A DNA stretch of 42,085 nucleotides from an uncultured bacterium (GCA_964534375.1 CAZHPN010000030.1:1-42085), one strand, 5' to 3'; positions 18,799 through 27,800 are shown, counted from the first letter of the stretch. The notes: generated by a model from the sequence alone, not told the origin. Program-made: numbers and translations.

Positions 18799-19653
18799 TC
18801 AGCGCACACAGCGCACGGCAACGGCATAGGGGGGGACGAGGCAGACGAGGACCCCGCCGGAGGAGAAAGAGACGATCCACCCTGAGTCGTTCTTGCCACG
18901 GTCCGGGTCCGATGACGACCAATATTCGTTTACTTCCCCCGAAAGCTCCGGCGGCCAATACGCGCCGTCCGAACCAGGACCGCCGTGATTCGAACATCCA
19001 CCGCATAGATTCACGTCCCAGCAAGAGGCAGTCAGGCACGAATCCGTCAGTTCACACGACCCGCCTTTTTGTGTCGCCGGGCAACCTCGGATCAAGCTCC
19101 GAAGCTGGGAGATCGTCGGCAAGCGCCAGTCGTTGAAACCACCAAGGCTCAGGCTCTCGCAATGCAATACGGCGTCCGTCCGCGTCATTCTCGCGCCCGT
19201 CGGATTAACCTGCCACATCAAGCCCGACTGCGGGTCCTTCCACGTGCCGCTCGGCGCAGGCGCAGGCGTCGCGGCGGTCAGCGACGGCTCCTCACAGATG
19301 CTGTCCCGGACGTGGCAATAGAGGCCGTCTCTACAGTCACTGTTTCGCGCACACACCGCCCCGGCGAGCCCTCGCACGCGGCACTTGGCGTTCCGAAAGT
19401 CCGCGCGGTTGCACACCAACCCTTGATCTGAACCACAGTCCCCGTCTGCGCGACACTTCGTGCCCTCGGTCGGCACATGGCATTCCGGCGGATCATAGGC
19501 CTGGTTGCAGACGCTTGCGCTCCGTACACATAGATCGCCGTTTCTACATTCCTTCCCCTCGGAACGAAGCGGTCGATGATGGCAACACGCGGAACAACAA
19601 ATGCCGACGACGATCAAGACCATCAGAAGCCAACGGCCACCCGGATTTTCCAT
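18799..19653 (-). CDS. Secreted/lipoprotein with Cys-rich N-terminal modules and C-terminal DUF1566 (Lcl/CLec) domain
   Basis: GAGG RBS; hydrophobic leader; C..D.DC...L.C units; WKDPQSGLMWQ, DWRLPTISQLRSL, YWSSS, VRCVR*. Confidence 0.85.
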   Translation of the reverse strand: MENPGGRWLLMVLIVVGICCSACCHHRPLRSEGKECRNGDLCVRSASVCNQAYDPPECHVPTEGTKCRADGDCGSDQGLVCNRADFRNAKCRVRGLAGAVCARNSDCRDGLYCHVRDSICEEPSLTAATPAPAPSGTWKDPQSGLMWQVNPTGARMTRTDAVLHCESLSLGGFNDWRLPTISQLRSLIRGCPATQKGGSCELTDSCLTASCWDVNLCGGCSNHGGPGSDGAYWPPELSGEVNEYWSSSDPDRGKNDSGWIVSFSSGGVLVCLVPPYAVAVRCVR

Positions 19654-19683
19654 CTGCGCATCCTCGTCGGAAAACTGTCCTGA

Positions 19684-19745
19684 TTCAACCTGGAAATGGA
19701 CTGAAGCCGTTTTTTGCAAGTGCAGAGGCCCATTCCTCCGCACCG
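19684..19745 (-). promoter_or_regulatory. Conserved leader motif B, copy b
   Basis: Near-identical to 14931-14990. Confidence 0.55.
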
Positions 19746-19920
19746 CCGCACTAGGTTTCGAAGATTCCGAGTTGTTCGATCTCTATTGTCGGCGGAAGTT
19801 TCCAATCTCCGCTTCTGATTGTCAATGGCATGGCACGCCGGTCATAATTCCCGATCACATCTTCGCCGTGCTCAATCCCGACCAGTCGGCGGTGTCCACA
19901 CGTCTGGACACCTGGGCGGT

Positions 19921-19953
19921 AAAAAAGGGGCCATCGCTTCGGCCCCAGCGGCG
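19921..19953 (-). terminator. Rho-independent terminator; partial copy 5 of repeat R
   Basis: Minus strand GGGGCC-GAAGCGAT-GGCCCC-TTTTTT directly after the stop of ORF 19955-20221. Confidence 0.75.
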
Positions 19954-20152
19954 GTCACGCCTTCGGCATGTCCGCCCACAGTTCAACTGCACCTTCCCGC
20001 TTCAACCGCCGGTAGCCTCCGGTTTCCTCCGCGGACAGCCGCCGGAGTTCGTACCGCTCGCGCTCCGGCATGTGCGGCTCCCAGCCGACAAAGGCGAACA
20101 CCACGCCGGTGATTTCGACGAACGGCGGCATGGTCGGTGGGAGAGGTGAATG

Positions 20153-20203
20153 GCCCTCACCCGCCGCGCTGCGCTCGGCGACCTCTCCCGGTGGGAGAGG
20201 TGA
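20153..20203. repeat. REP-like palindromic element
   Basis: CCCTCACCCGCCGCGCTGCGCTCGGCGACCTCTCCCGGTGGGAGAGG; related to 29023-29106. Confidence 0.6.
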
Positions 20204-20217
20204 ATGCGCCGGATACC

Positions 20218-20370
20218 TCACGGCAATTGGGCGGGGTCGAAATTCCAGGCATAGGCGTGGCGGCGGCGATCGAGCAGCGCGTAGTGGCCGCGATCGAGGA
20301 TGTGCTTCATCGCGTGTTTCGGCGTCCAGCCGAGCAGCAGGGTCGCCAGCGCCGCCAGCGCCATGCCGTG
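20218..20370 (-). repeat. Orphan duplicate of the last 50 codons plus stop of the histidine phosphatase gene (direct repeat of 22056-22208)
   Basis: HGMALAALATLLLGWTPKHAMKHILDRGHYALLDRRRHAYAWNFDPAQLP* versus ...LLDRTRNAYAWNFDPAKLP*. Confidence 0.95.
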
Positions 20371-20446
20371 GGCCCGGAGGCGCTTGCCAACCAAAGCAAA
20401 GTCATGGAATCTAAGTCTCGCTCAAGTCGGGAAGGATCGGGCGCCG

Positions 20447-21988
20447 ATGAACGACAAGGTTAAATTCGGTTGGGTGCCAGGGCCGTTGGCGCCCAAGGAA
20501 TTGGTCCAAGAATGCTCCGATCTCTATTCCGCGCACTACGGCACATGGAGCGACAGCGCTCCTCATTCTCGCGGACAGCGCGTCCGCCTTTCGGCCCAGC
20601 GAATACGCGATGAATGGCTGGACGAAGATTCCCGGATCGCGACCGCCAAACTGAATGGGGCCCTAATTGGCTATGCCATCGTGATACCGGCGAAGTTGTG
20701 CGGGAACGGCATTGTCTCTTGGGTCACGCAACTTGTGGTTCACAAGGACTATCGGCAGCGCGATATCGGCAAAACGCTGTTGTTCTCTGTCTGGGGTTTT
20801 TCCACGCATTTTTGTTGGGGCTTGATAACGGCGAGCCCTTACGCCATCCGCGCCTTGGAGAAGGCAACTCGCCGACGATGCGTTTCCGAGCGCATCGCCA
20901 CGCACAAGGGCAGGCTCCAAAAACTTGGCGCGAGAAAAATTCCATACGTGGCCCAAAGCGAAGCGCTGGATGTTTCCCGTTCGACTTCGAAAATAAACAC
21001 CCGTTTTTTTGTCGATCACGGCGACCTCGAAGCAACCGTGGCCGGCGTCGTGGCGAAAGACAAGCCGTGGAATCTCGGCATGATCGACGAAGGATGGGAG
21101 TGGTTCGCGTTTACGTTTCACGATCAGGACCAAATCAGCCTGGATTCGAACGAAATCGCCGGCATGCTGGCCGCCTCGGACCAAATCACCAAAGACGCTT
21201 ATTCCAGAATGCCAATCGGCGAGTCGCAACCTTGGGTTCGATTCGCCGATAAGGAGGCTGCGTTCGTCGTCAGCAGTTGCGATCTGCGGACCAGCGATCG
21301 TGTTCTCGATCTGGGATGCGGGAGCGGGAGGCATGCCATACGCTTGGCTGAATTGGGGTTGGCAGTCACCGGGGTTGATTACGTTGGCTCATTCATCGAC
21401 GCGGCGCGCCAGGATGCGTCGAAGAAACAATCGATCCATGCGGAATTTGTCGAGGCCGACTGCCGCGATGTCGTTCTCCGGTCCGAATTTGACGCGGTCA
21501 TTTGCCTTTACGACGTGGTCGGAACCTACGCGGAGAATGACGAAAACCGCAAGATTCTTCAGAACCTGGCCCGCCACCTGAAACGCGGCGGCAAAGCGCT
21601 GATTTCCGTCATGAATTTTGAATTGACGGCGCGGCGGGCGACGAATTTTTTCAACCTCGGTGAGCAGCCCGACAAATTGCTCGAACTGCCCGCAAGTCCA
21701 ACGATGGAAACAACGGGCGATGTCTTCGATCCCAGATATTACCTGATTGAAGAGGAAACGAAGGTTGTCTACCGCAAGGAGCAATTCTCGGCAGGGCAAT
21801 CTCTTCCGGTTGAATTGATCGTTCGGGATCGTCGTTTTCGAACCGCCGAAATCGAAGAAATGTGCCGCGACGCAGGGCTGGATGTCGTTTGGTCGCGGTT
21901 CGTCCGCGCCGGGCATTGGGATGAGCCGCTGACCAACGACGACGATCACGCCAAAGAAATACTGATTTTGTGCAACAAATCTCTGTAA
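20447..21988 (+). CDS. Fused GNAT acetyltransferase / class I SAM-dependent methyltransferase
   Basis: WVTQLVVHKDYRQRDIGKTLL (GNAT motif A); VLDLGCGSGRH, VTGVD, FDAVICLYDV; GAAGGA upstream of ATG 20447. Confidence 0.85.
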   Translation: MNDKVKFGWVPGPLAPKELVQECSDLYSAHYGTWSDSAPHSRGQRVRLSAQRIRDEWLDEDSRIATAKLNGALIGYAIVIPAKLCGNGIVSWVTQLVVHKDYRQRDIGKTLLFSVWGFSTHFCWGLITASPYAIRALEKATRRRCVSERIATHKGRLQKLGARKIPYVAQSEALDVSRSTSKINTRFFVDHGDLEATVAGVVAKDKPWNLGMIDEGWEWFAFTFHDQDQISLDSNEIAGMLAASDQITKDAYSRMPIGESQPWVRFADKEAAFVVSSCDLRTSDRVLDLGCGSGRHAIRLAELGLAVTGVDYVGSFIDAARQDASKKQSIHAEFVEADCRDVVLRSEFDAVICLYDVVGTYAENDENRKILQNLARHLKRGGKALISVMNFELTARRATNFFNLGEQPDKLLELPASPTMETTGDVFDPRYYLIEEETKVVYRKEQFSAGQSLPVELIVRDRRFRTAEIEEMCRDAGLDVVWSRFVRAGHWDEPLTNDDDHAKEILILCNKSL

Positions 21989-22055
21989 AGTAGGCGCTCG
22001 CCTCAACGACTGGCTGGCTGGAAGAGGGAGTTGACCGGCGACCCGGATTCGGCGT

Positions 22056-22688
22056 TCAGGGCAGTTTCGCGGGGTCGAAATTCCACGCATAGGCGTTGCG
22101 GGTCCGGTCGAGCAGCGCGTAGTGGCCGCGATCGAGGATGTGCTTCATCGCGTGTTTCGGCGTCCAGCCGAGCAGCAGGGTCGCCAGCGCCGCCAACGCC
22201 ATGCCGTGCGAAACGACGACGAGCGTATCGCCTTCGTGAACCGCAGCGATCCGCCGCCAGAAGGCCGCGGTGCGCGCGCGCAGGTCGCCGAACGACTCGC
22301 CGCCGGGCGTGGCCACGTTTTCCCAGTCGTTGAAGTAGCGCAGGAACGCCGCGGCGTGGCGGTCGCGCACCTCGCGCCACGGCTGGTTTTCCCATTCGCC
22401 GAAGTGCATTTCGCGCAGGTCGCGCGTGACGTACAACGGGGCGTCGATCGTCGCCGCCAGCGGGCGCGCGGTGCCGAGGGCGCGGCGCAGATCGCTGACG
22501 TAGACGCCCGCGGCGCGGCCGACCGCGCGGCCCAGCCGGCGCGCTTCGCCGGCCGTTTTTTCGGGGTCGGCGAGCAGGGCGTCGGTCCAGCCGAGGCAGA
22601 CCTCGCTGGCCGACGCCTCGACGGGTCCGTGGCGGTAGAGCCAGACGATGGCCGGTCCGTTCGGCTCCTGGGGTCGAAGATCAGTCAA
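22056..22688 (-). CDS. Histidine phosphatase family protein (CobC/GpmB-like)
   Basis: YRHG, SDLRRA, LREMHFGEWE, PGGES, VVSHG. Confidence 0.92.
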   Translation of the reverse strand: MTDLRPQEPNGPAIVWLYRHGPVEASASEVCLGWTDALLADPEKTAGEARRLGRAVGRAAGVYVSDLRRALGTARPLAATIDAPLYVTRDLREMHFGEWENQPWREVRDRHAAAFLRYFNDWENVATPGGESFGDLRARTAAFWRRIAAVHEGDTLVVVSHGMALAALATLLLGWTPKHAMKHILDRGHYALLDRTRNAYAWNFDPAKLP

Positions 22689-23781
22689 AGAGACGTTCCG
22701 GGTTGCCCGCCCAATAGCCGAAAATCTGCGGGCTGCCGGGCCGGAAATCTTCGAGGAAGCCGACGTTCTCGAACGACACGCCGCCGTACACCGGCGCGTG
22801 CGATTTCCAGAATTTCGCGCGGCCGTTGACGAGCCCTTGCAGCGTGGCGTCGAACGTGCCGGCCGGCCGGCGATAATATTGGGTCAGCGCCTGCGGCTCG
22901 GGGTAGCCCGGAACGTCCCACGGCCGCGCTTCGTCCGGGCGGGCCGCAAAGACGACGTCGCCGGCGCGATTGCGCGCCAACTCGGCCAGACCGAACAATT
23001 TCGGCGGCGCAAATTCCCAGCCGTTGAAATGCGGCCAGAGGCCCTTCGCGTTGACGACGCCGCCCTTGAGATACAGGTCGCGCAGCCGCGTCAGGTTGCC
23101 CCAGGTGCCGGAGAGAAAACAGGTCGCCAACGCCGGGCTGCCCGGTTCGGTGAACGTCTGGAACATCACTTCGTTGGGCCGGTTTTCGCGAATGGTGACG
23201 AGCAGGTAAATCCGGGCGTCGTTGGGAAAGCGTTCGCAGCGGAAGACGAGCGACATTTCGCGCACGCCGTCCGGCCCGCGGCGCACTTCGGCCACCGTGT
23301 GCAGCGGCGGCGGCAGGCGCGACTCCCAATGCGCGATGTCGGTGTGAAACTCCGGCGGGTACGCTTTGATGATAATGCCGGGCCGGTGGTCGCGCGGGCT
23401 GTCGTCGAGTTCGCTGGCGCCGCGGCGGCCGTCGCGCGTGACCGGGCTGAGCGCGATGAAATTGATGAAATAGACGCGCCCGGCGTCTTCGTAGCCGATG
23501 CGCAGCAGCCCGCGCGGCCCGCCCGCTTCGTTGGCGCCGAAACCGACCGCGGCCGGATACAGGCCCACCATGATGCCGTCGCGGACGCCCCAGATCGGCT
23601 CGTCGGCGTCGTTGCGCGGCCCGAAAAACGGCGGCGAAATCTCGGCCGGCGGCGCCGTCGGCTCGATCGGCGCCTGCATCGCCCGCGCGGCGCAACCCGT
23701 CGTGGCGACGATGACGGCCAGCGCCAGCAGCGCGCCCCGGCGGCCCCAGCCCCGCGGCGCACTATCTCTATATTTCTTCAC
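22681..23781 (-). CDS. Hypothetical lipoprotein
   Basis: Long ORF; hydrophobic leader ending TTGC; probable GTG start at 23781 just after the heptamer repeats. Confidence 0.7.
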   Translation of the reverse strand: MKKYRDSAPRGWGRRGALLALAVIVATTGCAARAMQAPIEPTAPPAEISPPFFGPRNDADEPIWGVRDGIMVGLYPAAVGFGANEAGGPRGLLRIGYEDAGRVYFINFIALSPVTRDGRRGASELDDSPRDHRPGIIIKAYPPEFHTDIAHWESRLPPPLHTVAEVRRGPDGVREMSLVFRCERFPNDARIYLLVTIRENRPNEVMFQTFTEPGSPALATCFLSGTWGNLTRLRDLYLKGGVVNAKGLWPHFNGWEFAPPKLFGLAELARNRAGDVVFAARPDEARPWDVPGYPEPQALTQYYRRPAGTFDATLQGLVNGRAKFWKSHAPVYGGVSFENVGFLEDFRPGSPQIFGYWAGNPERLFD

Positions 23782-23910
23782 TGACCACTGTTCTTTGTTC
23801 ACTGTTCGCTGTTCGTTGTTCGCTGTTCGCTGTTCGTTGTTCGCTGTTCGCTGTTCGTTGTTCGCTGTTCGCTGTTCGCTGTTCACTGTTCATTGTTCAC
23901 TGTTTGCCGT
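23779..23910. repeat. Intergenic heptamer tandem repeat (CTGTTCG/CTGTTCA-type, about 18 units)
   Basis: Directly visible; a related tract lies at about 6706-6762. Confidence 0.9.
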
Positions 23911-24825
23911 TCATTGCCCGCTCGGGCACGCTCCCGCCAAATTCGGCAGATTGTATTGCTGGGCAAACGCCGCGCAGCCCGGAATCGGCGGAATGGTGAG
24001 ATTCGCGCTGGCCGCGATGGTCAAATTGAACTGCTTGAACGTGAAATGCCAGCCGACCAGTTCGCTCAGGCTGGGGCACGAGCCGAGCGTCAGGCCGGTC
24101 GCCTCGTCGACGATGCAAAGCAGAAACTTATCGAGAAACCCTTCGACGTCGGCGCCGTTTTCGACGTCCGCGATGCGATAGATCGCCTTGTAGGCGACGC
24201 CGATGCTGGTGGAATTGTTCAGCGCGTCAACCAATTGCGGCACGCTGTCGAGGGTGAGCGTCACGTCTTCGCCCGGTTTGAAGATAAACGAATTATCGGA
24301 CTGCCGGTGCGCGGTGTCGTCGAAAAGGATCATCACCGACGGATCCCAGTTTTTCACCAGTTCGCCGTCGCCGAGATACAGCTCGAATTGCACGGGCATC
24401 GCAATGTAGCCGCCCGTGTCGTTGGATAATTCCAGGGTCACGCCCACGTTCGTCACTTTCACTTCGCTGCGGATCGCCTGCGTGATTTGGTTCTGGATTT
24501 GGAGGGTCAACGGGCCCGGCTGCAAGATCTGCACGCTGGCCTGATCGACCAGGTTCTCGACGTAATTGAGGCCGTCCTGCACGAGGCTGGAGGTCAGCAG
24601 CAGGCTGACGCCAGGGATCGAGCCGGCCGCGTTTTCGACCGACTGCACCATGCCGTCCATCGAAATGTCCGTCGGATAGACAGGGAGGCTCAACGGCAGC
24701 AACGGCAGCGTCGCCTCGCCGGAAAGGACGCCGTTGCTCAAACTGCAGCCGCCGTTGGCGCCGCAGGACACCAGCACCGCCGCCAGCAGGAAGGCGGCCG
24801 GAATTCCGAAATAACGGTATTTCAT
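23911..24825 (-). CDS. Hypothetical lipoprotein
   Basis: MKYRYF...LVSC lipobox; GAGG RBS. Confidence 0.75.
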   Translation of the reverse strand: MKYRYFGIPAAFLLAAVLVSCGANGGCSLSNGVLSGEATLPLLPLSLPVYPTDISMDGMVQSVENAAGSIPGVSLLLTSSLVQDGLNYVENLVDQASVQILQPGPLTLQIQNQITQAIRSEVKVTNVGVTLELSNDTGGYIAMPVQFELYLGDGELVKNWDPSVMILFDDTAHRQSDNSFIFKPGEDVTLTLDSVPQLVDALNNSTSIGVAYKAIYRIADVENGADVEGFLDKFLLCIVDEATGLTLGSCPSLSELVGWHFTFKQFNLTIAASANLTIPPIPGCAAFAQQYNLPNLAGACPSGQ

Positions 24826-25017
24826 GGGGAAACCTCGTTTTTTAGCGGCGAACGTCGCGTTTCGTGACCACGTCGCCCTGGAAGTATGAATACGAACGGC
24901 GCGCTTTGCAACGTGGCGCCAGTATCTTTTTGAATGTCGTTTCGCGCAGCGCGCGTCGATTTGACGAGCCGACCCGTCCCCGCTTATCCTGGCGAAAATG
25001 CCGAAAGGGGCGACGTG

Positions 25018-26547
25018 ATGAAATCCACTTTGTTCGGTTTGCTGTTTGTGCTGGCGGCGGTCGGTCTGGCGTTCGCGATCGCCGTCGGCTGCCGGGCCTC
25101 CGCGGACAACTCTTCAAGCGACGCGACAACGGACGACGACGACAACGACGACGCGTCGCCCGGCGACAATCAGCTCTACGCCGCGGCCGGCCACGTCGCG
25201 ATCACGCCCAACGCCCAGAATCATCCGGAGCAGATTTACCTCGCCGGCGTCGTGCCGTCGCGCGTTTGCACGGGCATGCACGACGATTTGTTCGCGACGG
25301 CGCTCGCGTTCAAGCAAGGCAACACCGAACTGGTGTTGGTCGAACTCGATTTCGTCGGCTTCACCCGCACGCGGATTCGCGAAATCCAGGAGCGGCTGGC
25401 GGCGCACGGGTTGCCGAAAGAGAACGTCCTGATCGCCTCGACGCACACGCACGAAGGGCCCGACACGCTGGGCGTCTACGGACCGAACATTTTGAAGAGC
25501 GGCGTCTCGCACCAATACATCTCCTTCGTGCAGGATTCGGTAGTCAACCTCGTGCTGCAGGTGTGGAGCCAGTTGGTCCCGGTGACGGTCAAGGCCGCCG
25601 TCGCGCTGGTCGACGACCCCAACGCCAACTATCCGACCTACAGCAAAGACCAACGGGCGCCGTTTGTCGTGCCGGGTTTCCTGACGACGGCGCAGTTCAC
25701 GGGCCTTGACGGCCAAACGGTCGCAACGCTGATCAACTGGCACAATCACCCCGAGATCATGATCAAATCGACGCTGCTCAGCTCCGATTTCCCGGGCTAC
25801 GCGCGCGAACACATGGTCGCCAAGCTGGGCGGCGAATGCATCTACATTTCCGGCGCCGTCGGCGGCCTCGCCTCGCCGACCGGCGCCTCGGTGCCCGAAC
25901 GCGACGAAAACGACAACCCGGTGTACGACGGCCAGGGAAACCAGGTTTACCTCATGGAAGGCTCGTGGGACAAAGCGCGCAGCCTCGGCTACATCCTGGC
26001 GGACAAGGCGGTCGACGCATTGAAAAACGCGGAAACGGCGCCCCCGCCGACGCTGCAGGTGAAGGTCGAGCAATTGCCGCTGCCGGTGACGACCCCGACG
26101 TTCATCCTGGCGTTCATCGCCCACTTGCTGGAATTCGACAGTCAAGACCTGATCACGAACAACCCGAAATTCTGCGGCTTCATGGGCTGCTCGGACGACC
26201 GCATCGCCCTGGTGCGCCTGGGGCCGCTGGAAATCATCACGGCGCCCGGCGAGGCGTTCCCCGAGACCTTCATCGGCCGCGGCGCGAGCAGCTACGACTA
26301 CGGCTCGCCGTGGGGCGTTTCGTATTTCCCGGCGATGACCGGCGTCATCGACTACATGAACGCGCCGGCGCCGGTGTTCATGGGGCTGTGCGACAACGAA
26401 GTCGCGTACCTCGTGCCCATTGCCGACTGGCATCCGTACGGCCACCCGGCGCACTACGAGGAAGATCTCTGCTTCTCGAAAGACACCGAGTCGCTTTATC
26501 GCAACGCCGCCATTGCGCTGTTGAAGACTGACATTTCGGCGCCGTAA
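25018..26547 (+). CDS. Neutral/alkaline ceramidase-like lipoprotein
   Basis: Lipobox AVGC and Asp-rich linker; GMHDDLFATAL, IASTHTHEGPD, NWHNHPE, LSSDFPG, PGEAFPE, DNEVAY. Confidence 0.75.
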   Translation: MKSTLFGLLFVLAAVGLAFAIAVGCRASADNSSSDATTDDDDNDDASPGDNQLYAAAGHVAITPNAQNHPEQIYLAGVVPSRVCTGMHDDLFATALAFKQGNTELVLVELDFVGFTRTRIREIQERLAAHGLPKENVLIASTHTHEGPDTLGVYGPNILKSGVSHQYISFVQDSVVNLVLQVWSQLVPVTVKAAVALVDDPNANYPTYSKDQRAPFVVPGFLTTAQFTGLDGQTVATLINWHNHPEIMIKSTLLSSDFPGYAREHMVAKLGGECIYISGAVGGLASPTGASVPERDENDNPVYDGQGNQVYLMEGSWDKARSLGYILADKAVDALKNAETAPPPTLQVKVEQLPLPVTTPTFILAFIAHLLEFDSQDLITNNPKFCGFMGCSDDRIALVRLGPLEIITAPGEAFPETFIGRGASSYDYGSPWGVSYFPAMTGVIDYMNAPAPVFMGLCDNEVAYLVPIADWHPYGHPAHYEEDLCFSKDTESLYRNAAIALLKTDISAP

Positions 26548-26552
26548 GCGTC

Positions 26553-27785
26553 GTGTCGAGGCCGGCCGTGGAGTGGGCGACAATGACGTGGAACCAATGC
26601 CGCGAGGCGCTGCGCGGCGAGCGCCTGCCGGCCGCATTGGTCAACCTCAACGCCTTCGAAGAGAACATCGACCGCGTCGCGGCGTGGGTCCGGCCGCACG
26701 GCAAGACCGTGCGCGTCGCGAGCAAATCGGTGCGCTGCCCGGGCCTGCTGCGGCTGATTTTCGAACGCGCGCCGGAAGCAATGAAAGGCGTCATGGCCTT
26801 CACCTGCGAGGAAGCGGAATTTCTCGCGGGCAAGGGTTTTGACGATCTGCTTGTCGCCTATCCGTCGCTGCAACCGTCCGACCTGAAATGCCTGACGCGC
26901 CTGGCCAGGAAAGGCAAGACCGCGACGCTCGTCGTCGATTGCCGCGAGCACCTCGAAGCGCTGTCGCGCGCCGGCCGCGCGGCGAAGGTCGAACTGCGCG
27001 CCTGCATTGACGTGGACGCGTCGTATCGCCCGGCGGGCGGCCGCCTGCACGTCGGGGTGCGCCGCAGCCCGGTCCGCGACGAGCTAACCGTCGTCGAGTT
27101 GGCGCGCCTGGCGCGGCGGCTCGGCGGCGTGCGCGTCGCCGGCGTGATGATGTACGAGGCGCACATCGCGGGCCTCCCCGACGCGAACCCGTTTTCGCCG
27201 GCGATGAACCCATTGCGCCGCATGATCAAGGCTGTCGCCAAACCGGACGTTGCGGCCTTGCGCCGGCGCGTCGCCGACGCCCTCGCCGCCGACGGCGTGA
27301 CGATCGAGTTTTTCAACGGCGGCGGCACCGGCTCGCTCGATTGGACGCCGCAGGACGCCGCGGTCACCGAAGTCACCGTCGGCAGCGGCTTTCTTTGCTC
27401 GCATTTGTTCAGCTACTTTGCCGGCGTCAAATTGGTCCCGGCCGCGTTTTTTGCGCTGCAAACCGTGCGCGCCAGCGATCCGGGCTTCATCACCTGCCAC
27501 GGCGGCGGCTACGTCGCCTCGGGCGAGGCCGGGCCGGACAAACTGCCGGCGCCGTTTTTGCCCGAAGGTCTGTCGCTGGTCGATCTCGAGGGCGCAGGCG
27601 AGGTGCAGACGCCGCTCGCGGTCGGCCCGGATGCGCCGCGGGTTTTGCTCGGCGATCCGGTGCTGTTCCGCCACGCCAAGGCGGGCGAACTCGCCGAACG
27701 CTTCAACGAGTATCTGCTGCTCCGCGACGGCGCCGTCGTGGGCCGCGAGCCGACGTATCGCGGATTGGGCCGCTGCTTTCTTTGA
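26553..27785 (+). CDS. PLP-dependent alanine-racemase-fold enzyme (DSD1/D-amino acid deaminase-aldolase family)
   Basis: VRVASKSVRC, GVRRSP, MMYEAHIAG, FNGGGTGS, EGAGEVQTPL, FRHAKAGELAERF; start may be 26583. Confidence 0.85.
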   Translation: MSRPAVEWATMTWNQCREALRGERLPAALVNLNAFEENIDRVAAWVRPHGKTVRVASKSVRCPGLLRLIFERAPEAMKGVMAFTCEEAEFLAGKGFDDLLVAYPSLQPSDLKCLTRLARKGKTATLVVDCREHLEALSRAGRAAKVELRACIDVDASYRPAGGRLHVGVRRSPVRDELTVVELARLARRLGGVRVAGVMMYEAHIAGLPDANPFSPAMNPLRRMIKAVAKPDVAALRRRVADALAADGVTIEFFNGGGTGSLDWTPQDAAVTEVTVGSGFLCSHLFSYFAGVKLVPAAFFALQTVRASDPGFITCHGGGYVASGEAGPDKLPAPFLPEGLSLVDLEGAGEVQTPLAVGPDAPRVLLGDPVLFRHAKAGELAERFNEYLLLRDGAVVGREPTYRGLGRCFL

Positions 27786-27800
27786 GGCGGGAGAGTTTCG

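Noticed and set aside
11102..19953. CRISPR array or classical integron as an explanation for repeat R
   Set aside because: Repeats are over 100 bp, diverged and separated by whole genes; no cas genes, no intI, and no RYYYAAC/GTTRRRY attC cores were seen
19955..20221. Short minus-strand ORF before terminator copy 5
   Set aside because: Its 5' part is a REP-like palindrome and no family is recognisable; it may be a fragment but cannot be supported
23782..23886. N-terminal NEQRTAN peptide repeats of ORF 22681-23886
   Set aside because: Translation of an intergenic heptamer DNA repeat; the signal peptide begins after it
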